The notes beneath the pieces are model-generated. The model saw only the letters and a list, made by a program, of their open reading frames with translations, was not told the origin of the DNA and did not search any database. A stretch of DNA of 63,606 nt, the filler included, from Klebsormidium nitens (Eukaryota > Plantae > Klebsormidiophyceae), in NCBI GenBank assembly GCA_000708835.1. It is 8 parts of 8 records of this genome, joined end to end, with 100 filler letters (N's around TTAATTAATTAA, not from the genome) between each part and the next. Parts side by side here need not be neighbours in the genome. Positions count along the whole stretch, not along the records: positions 56,608 to 61,848 come from DF238442.1; positions 61,949 to 63,606 come from DF237958.1; 6 more parts are not named here. One strand, given 5' to 3'. Position 1 is the stretch's first letter. Every line of letters begins with the position of its first letter. Shown here in pieces: positions 58,751 to 63,606 of the stretch. The position numbers and the translations under genes are program-made.

Positions 58751-58922
58751 CCACTGTCATGATTGACTGGACATTGAAGCGCTTTGAAATTGTCGAAGCA
58801 TGTGTGTAACAGCTAGTGATAGAGTCCAGTTAGCATACTAGGCGGTTGTTCAGACGAGGGAATCTCTTACGGACATCCGCAACTGGCAAGCCCAGGGGGA
58901 AAGTACCCACCCTCTGCGTTCG

Positions 58923-58978
58923 GAGTAGATAAGACCCACGTAGTTATACAGAGTAGATAAGACCCACGTAGTTATACA
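58923..58978. repeat. Perfect 28-bp direct tandem duplication
   Basis: GAGTAGATAAGACCCACGTAGTTATACA twice. Confidence 0.95.
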
Positions 58979-59214
58979 GTAGTTTCCAATAGCTACAGGT
59001 GACAACATTAATGATCCGTATCATCCCTTCCGGTTTCACATTGAAAGGTCAAAGGAAACACAACATTGAAAAGTAGTGCCTATTGGCAGGATCACTAAGA
59101 TTCTGCAGTAGGATCAGCAGTAAAGTTACGAGTTGGACATCCAACTCAGGCAGAATAACTGCCACTAGTCCAATCTGGACGTGAATTTGGACAACCAGGT
59201 AGCTTGCAGTACAT

Positions 59215-60423
59215 ATGTCCGGTCCAGGAACTGAAGGCGGATACCATCTTCGCAGAAATCTTCAGAACCCTTACGCCCAACGTTCTTTATACGGGAACGA
59301 AGGGCCGCGACAACCTTTTGTCCAGTGGTCCAACCAACAACATCGCGTTGTAGAAGGTGAGCTTTTTGCTGCCACTCAAAACACCGACACTTCTGAATTT
59401 TTGGATTCCGCAGACTCTCAGTCAGTGGCCTCCGTCACAATGGCACTGGAGGACTTGGATTTGTTTAGTCAGAAGTTCACCGAAGAGACAAAATCATCTG
59501 TCACTCTGGACAATCTGCGTTCAGCATATGCAGCGTGGGAAGCCACACACAAGTTGCAAGCAGGTTTTGACACACTAACATCCACGGACAAGTTCCATGT
59601 TGTCATGTTCAAAACCGGTGGCGCAGCTCACGACACCTGCCTAACACTTTTAACAGAAAAAAAAGAGGAGTTAGCCAGACATAATGAATCACTGCAATCC
59701 AATTACGTTAGGGATAAGACCATCGCTGAACAAGCCATCGCTGCCTGGGATGCCCAGACAGCCGAACAACGCGGTTCAAATGCTAGATCCACGCTACCAC
59801 ATGAACCTCCAATGATTACTGACTTTCTTGGAAATCCGGTCACTGAACTTTGGACTCGTCTATTGCAGGCCTACCCCAAGGATTCCGCCGCCAAGATCCA
59901 AGCCTATGGAGAGTTCAAGGTTGAAGAAAATGAGTCCATTACAACCGCTAGTCAGAGGATGTCTAAATTAGCGTTAGACCTAAAACAACCGCAAGCACAG
60001 GCAGCTGAGAAGCTGCTCAATGCCTTGCCGTGGAATATACAGTCTAAGGTTAGAACTAAATTACAGTTTCGGTATGAAGATATTAGTACTTGGACAGTAG
60101 AATTGATAAGATCGGAAGCCGAAAAGCTAGAAAAGATTATTAATCAGGAGAAACTATTGAATCCTAAATCAATCACTTCACATAGCTCCGCTAGTCCTAG
60201 CCATTCCAAAAGTGAACCTAGGTATAATATTAAGAAACCTAAGTGTACTAATTGTGGACGACTGGGGCATATGGCCCCCAATTGTAGAAGTACTAATAAG
60301 ACAAGTGCTAAAACAGCCGATCAGAACATCCCAGCTTCATTTCAGCCAGGACCATGCTTTCGATGCGGACAACCGGGTCATCAAGCGCCGCGGCCCAATG
60401 TCCGAGTCCGAATCGGCCCATGA
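59215..60423 (+). mobile_element. Retrotransposon gag-like ORF (402 aa) with CCHC zinc knuckles
   Basis: KLLNALPWNIQSKV; CTNCGRLGHMAPNC; CFRCGQPGHQAP; a further WCTHHKRMIHHNASQC follows in another frame. Confidence 0.75.
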
Positions 60424-60949
60424 CCAATGGTCCGATCAATCAACGCATATCTGGAAAACCATGGTGCACCCATCATAAACGCATGATTCATCACAATGCA
60501 TCGCAATGCATCCGGAATTGGCTAATAAGTCTAGAAACCAAACTACACGGAGTTCCGCGGCACAACATAACCGACGGACATCCAGGGGCATTACAGACCC
60601 CAAGTTCAAAAAAGAATTATGGAACGAATATGAAAAACGTCATCAAATATCTAATGCATATTCCTCACGAGGCTCAAGTCCTGCCAGTCCCAAAGAAATA
60701 GAGTCTAAAAATCCCTTGCCCTCACATGTGTGTCGGATAGCACAACCTCGCTATAATAGAACATCGCACGAGCATAGATGATAATACTTCTATTGCCAAC
60801 AATCGATTGCGGCCAATCAAAAGTTTAAAATTTACCGCCACTTCGGCACAAGTAAACTCTCATACATGTCAAGCTTCATGGCAGCGCATATATCATGATG
60901 TGCATGATACCCGCCCCACTTCGGCAAGGTCGTCCCAACCGGCCTAATA

Positions 60950-61831
60950 CTAATCCATACCTTGATCAGTGCCTGACTTTGCATTTACCACCGCTGCAAA
61001 ATGCTCGAGTAACTTCTGAACCTGGCCCTTTAACTCCTTCACCTCCAGCGCAATCTCCTTTATGCTTTCTTGCGGATATGCCCGTTGGTTGGCAACCACT
61101 CCCGGTTTGCCATGCTTGGTCCAACAAGCTGCAGCCATGTGACCTTTCTTCTGACACACGCTACACTGTACGTCCGCGTTAACCTGACATTCAGACAGCA
61201 CGTGACCCTCTCGTCCACAACGGTAACAGATTCTACCATCCTGAAATGCCAAGTTTGCATCAATCTCACTTACTCCATATGAGTCGTTTTCCTCCTTGGT
61301 CTTACCCTTGCGGCCGTCTGCATACGCCGTTGCAAGATCCTGACGGTCTGCCACTTCAAAAGCTTGGTCGAGCGTATAAACTCCATTAGCTCCCATACTG
61401 TAAACAATGGGTTCCACGCGCACACGCAACTTTTCCGGCAAGGCTTCAACAAACTTAACAGCCATCTCCTGGCTATTCAGAAGTCCTGTCTCATCTGCAA
61501 GATACTCCAAGCGAGAACGCAACATCTTGCACGTCTCATTAGGCTTCTTCTTCAAACTTGTCAACTCGCGAACCTGCTCTGCGCTAGCACCTCTGAACTC
61601 CGTCTTAAAATGCCTCACTACTTCTTCAAGCGGGTCCCACTGGGCAAGCTCAGCTGCATCGGCAGGCGCGGTCAATACATGATCCTTATTTTTACGCCAA
61701 AGTCTCAGAGCCTCCAGCTCGAGAAATCCAGGCAACTGCTCAAGGAACCTCGCATTGGTTAACCTTGCATCCTTCGATCTAGCTCTGGCATAGTTTGCCG
61801 TTAAGCGGTCTCCAAAGTCTTCAACAGACAA
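60950..61831 (-). mobile_element. Retrotransposon gag-like ORF (293 aa, 5' end in a gap) with two CCHC knuckles
   Basis: LTSLKKKPNET, FVEALPEKLR, CYRCGREGHVLSEC, CSVCQKKGHMAAAC. Confidence 0.8.
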
Positions 61832-61948
61832 CGTCCCTGGACGACCCANNNNNNNNNNNNNNNNNNNNNNNNNNNNNNNNNNNNNNNNNNNNTTAATTAA
61901 TTAANNNNNNNNNNNNNNNNNNNNNNNNNNNNNNNNNNNNNNNNNNNN

Positions 61949-63606
61949 GATGACGATGACGATCTGGACATTATGTCCTTGAAGCATTGGAAAGTGGAGG
62001 AGTTGGAGGCCATTCTGCAGGAAGGTGCACAGCAAAACGAAATGCCTGCAGAGGATGGGGCAGAACAGGAAGAGGTTAGTGGGGGGGATGGGACCATGAG
62101 GCCAGGGACCGGTGTTGATATGTTCGATCTGCTGGCAGCAGTCCAGCCGCACCCCTCTCTGGTTGCAGAAATGGAGGACATTACGCTTGAGCCTCCGACC
62201 CAGGCGCAGATGGACGAGCTTCAGGCTTTAACACAAGGACTTGCACACCAGGATAGAATGCGGGCACAGGATGGGGCTCAGGAGGAAGAGGTAGAGCAGC
62301 CAAGGCGTAAATCAATATGTCACAAGGAGTTACGTAGCGCCTCCAAAGCTCTGGGGGACAAGGGAAGGCCGGTGGCCGGGGCGGCGGTGCTTGCAGGCAG
62401 TCCAGCTGCAGCTGGCGGCACTGGGAAGGAGAAGGCACAAGGAGGTGCTAGCAGCAAGGCCGCGGTTGGGAAGCATGCAACGACCGCGGGTGAGCAATCC
62501 GCTTTCTCGTTTCCAAAGGGCCACATGGGTTCATTTCCCAAACTCGATGTATGATCGCATTTTGGTATACAATGCGGTCAATCTCCGCTCAAAGCGGCTT
62601 ACTCCGTTTTCGTGGCAGACGGTTTGTTTACCAAAAACGGGTCATGAGTGCGCTTTAGGATATTGCACTATTTCAGCTGGAAGCAGCTGATATGAGTCTC
62701 TGCTAACCCGAGCTCGCATTATTGTTTGGATCCCGGTGCATGCTCAATATGGTGGGCTCTCATCTTGAGTATTTTATGCACCAGCGGAGAAGAAGCGCAG
62801 TGGGGTAAAGGGCGCAAACCTCAAGGCAGCGGCAAGCGGCAAGGGAAAGGCACCGGACAGTCAGACTACGCAGGCTGGCAAAGGTACGGTTGTCAGGTTC
62901 ACCTCGTTCTGCAGTTCCTACGAGCTTTGGTTGTTGAATTTTGGATATGGATCAAGTGCACGCTCTGCCTTATGGGCTTTTGCCAAGCTGTGCTTTCATG
63001 TTTCAAGCAGAATGCATCCAGTTAAACCATTGCTCATAGTTTGAACCATGTTTCGACAGGCTCTAAGCGTAAGGCGCCGGAAGGTGCTGCCTCTGGCAAT
63101 CCCCAACCAGAGAAGAAGACGCGTCGGTACAGGCCGGGAACCCTAGCTCTTAGGGAGATCCGCAAGTACCAGAAGAGCACGGACCCGCTCATCCCGCGAC
63201 TCTCGTTCGCTCGTCTCGTGCGCGAGCTATGCGATGCAGAGACTGCCCGACGGCCTGGTACCGACGAAGACGGCAAGTTTAGGTATGCAATTCCACCTGG
63301 CTTGGAATGCCTAAGTGTTGATACGGCATGAGCTCCAGGAGCAAGTGGCTAGATCGATCAACGTCTCCAAGTATGAACGTGGAATATTCAAAAGTGAGCA
63401 AATTATCTTGTTTTTGAAAATCGTGCGGTTACGGAGCTGTCCCCCTTTATCATAGTGCTGATCCGAGTTGGCAAGCTTGCCTCCAGGTGGCAGGCGTCGG
63501 CGTTGGACGCCCTGTTGGAGGCAAGTCAGGACTTTGTCGTAGGGCTGTTTGGTGACGCGATCTTCTGCCAGGCGCACGGCAAGCGGAAGACCCTTCAGAA
63601 GAAGGA
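61949..63606 (+). CDS. Divergent histone H3 variant, CENH3-like, with a very long N-terminal extension; partial at both ends
   Basis: Exons <61949-62489, 62785-62883, 63060-63282, 63487->63606 join in phase. Histone fold [54 protein letters not shown]|[40 protein letters not shown]. Loop 1 is about 9 aa longer than in canonical H3 and Trp replaces the H3 Phe in RFQ. Confidence 0.8.

Overview
Eukaryotic, intron-rich DNA with GT-AG introns and several assembly gaps. Seven gaps carry an artificial TTAATTAATTAA linker, so adjacency across them is uncertain. Intron style and gene content suggest a streptophyte green alga such as Klebsormidium (inference only). Exons were joined by hand using splice signals and reading phase. 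Host-type genes: (1) a 13-exon + strand gene (3303-17435, about 948 aa) that splices in phase into a globin - ankyrin-like - TRP-type 6TM channel - cytochrome b5 fusion, the most striking object in the window; (2) an R2R3-type MYB gene on the - strand (about 20.4-25.3 kb); (3) a partial large Pro-rich, Cys-rich Ig-like repeat surface protein (47.4-53.7 kb, - strand); (4) a partial divergent CENH3-like histone H3 with a very long N-terminal tail (61.9 kb to the end). Most introns of the channel gene contain decaying tandem copies of their own exon-intron junctions. Virus-like or mobile DNA: a spliced Prim-Pol/D5 primase-helicase pseudogene (32.0-35.4 kb); an intronless Prim-Pol + tyrosine recombinase + HIRAN cassette (42.8-46.8 kb); a cluster with BRO-N-like domains (54-56.3 kb). 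A bipartite TGTCC-N3-TGTCC...TGACGTCA repeat is shared by both Prim-Pol loci. The rest is LINE and Ty3/Gypsy debris plus a MITE-like element. No rRNA, tRNA, CRISPR array, capsid gene or packaging ATPase was recognised.
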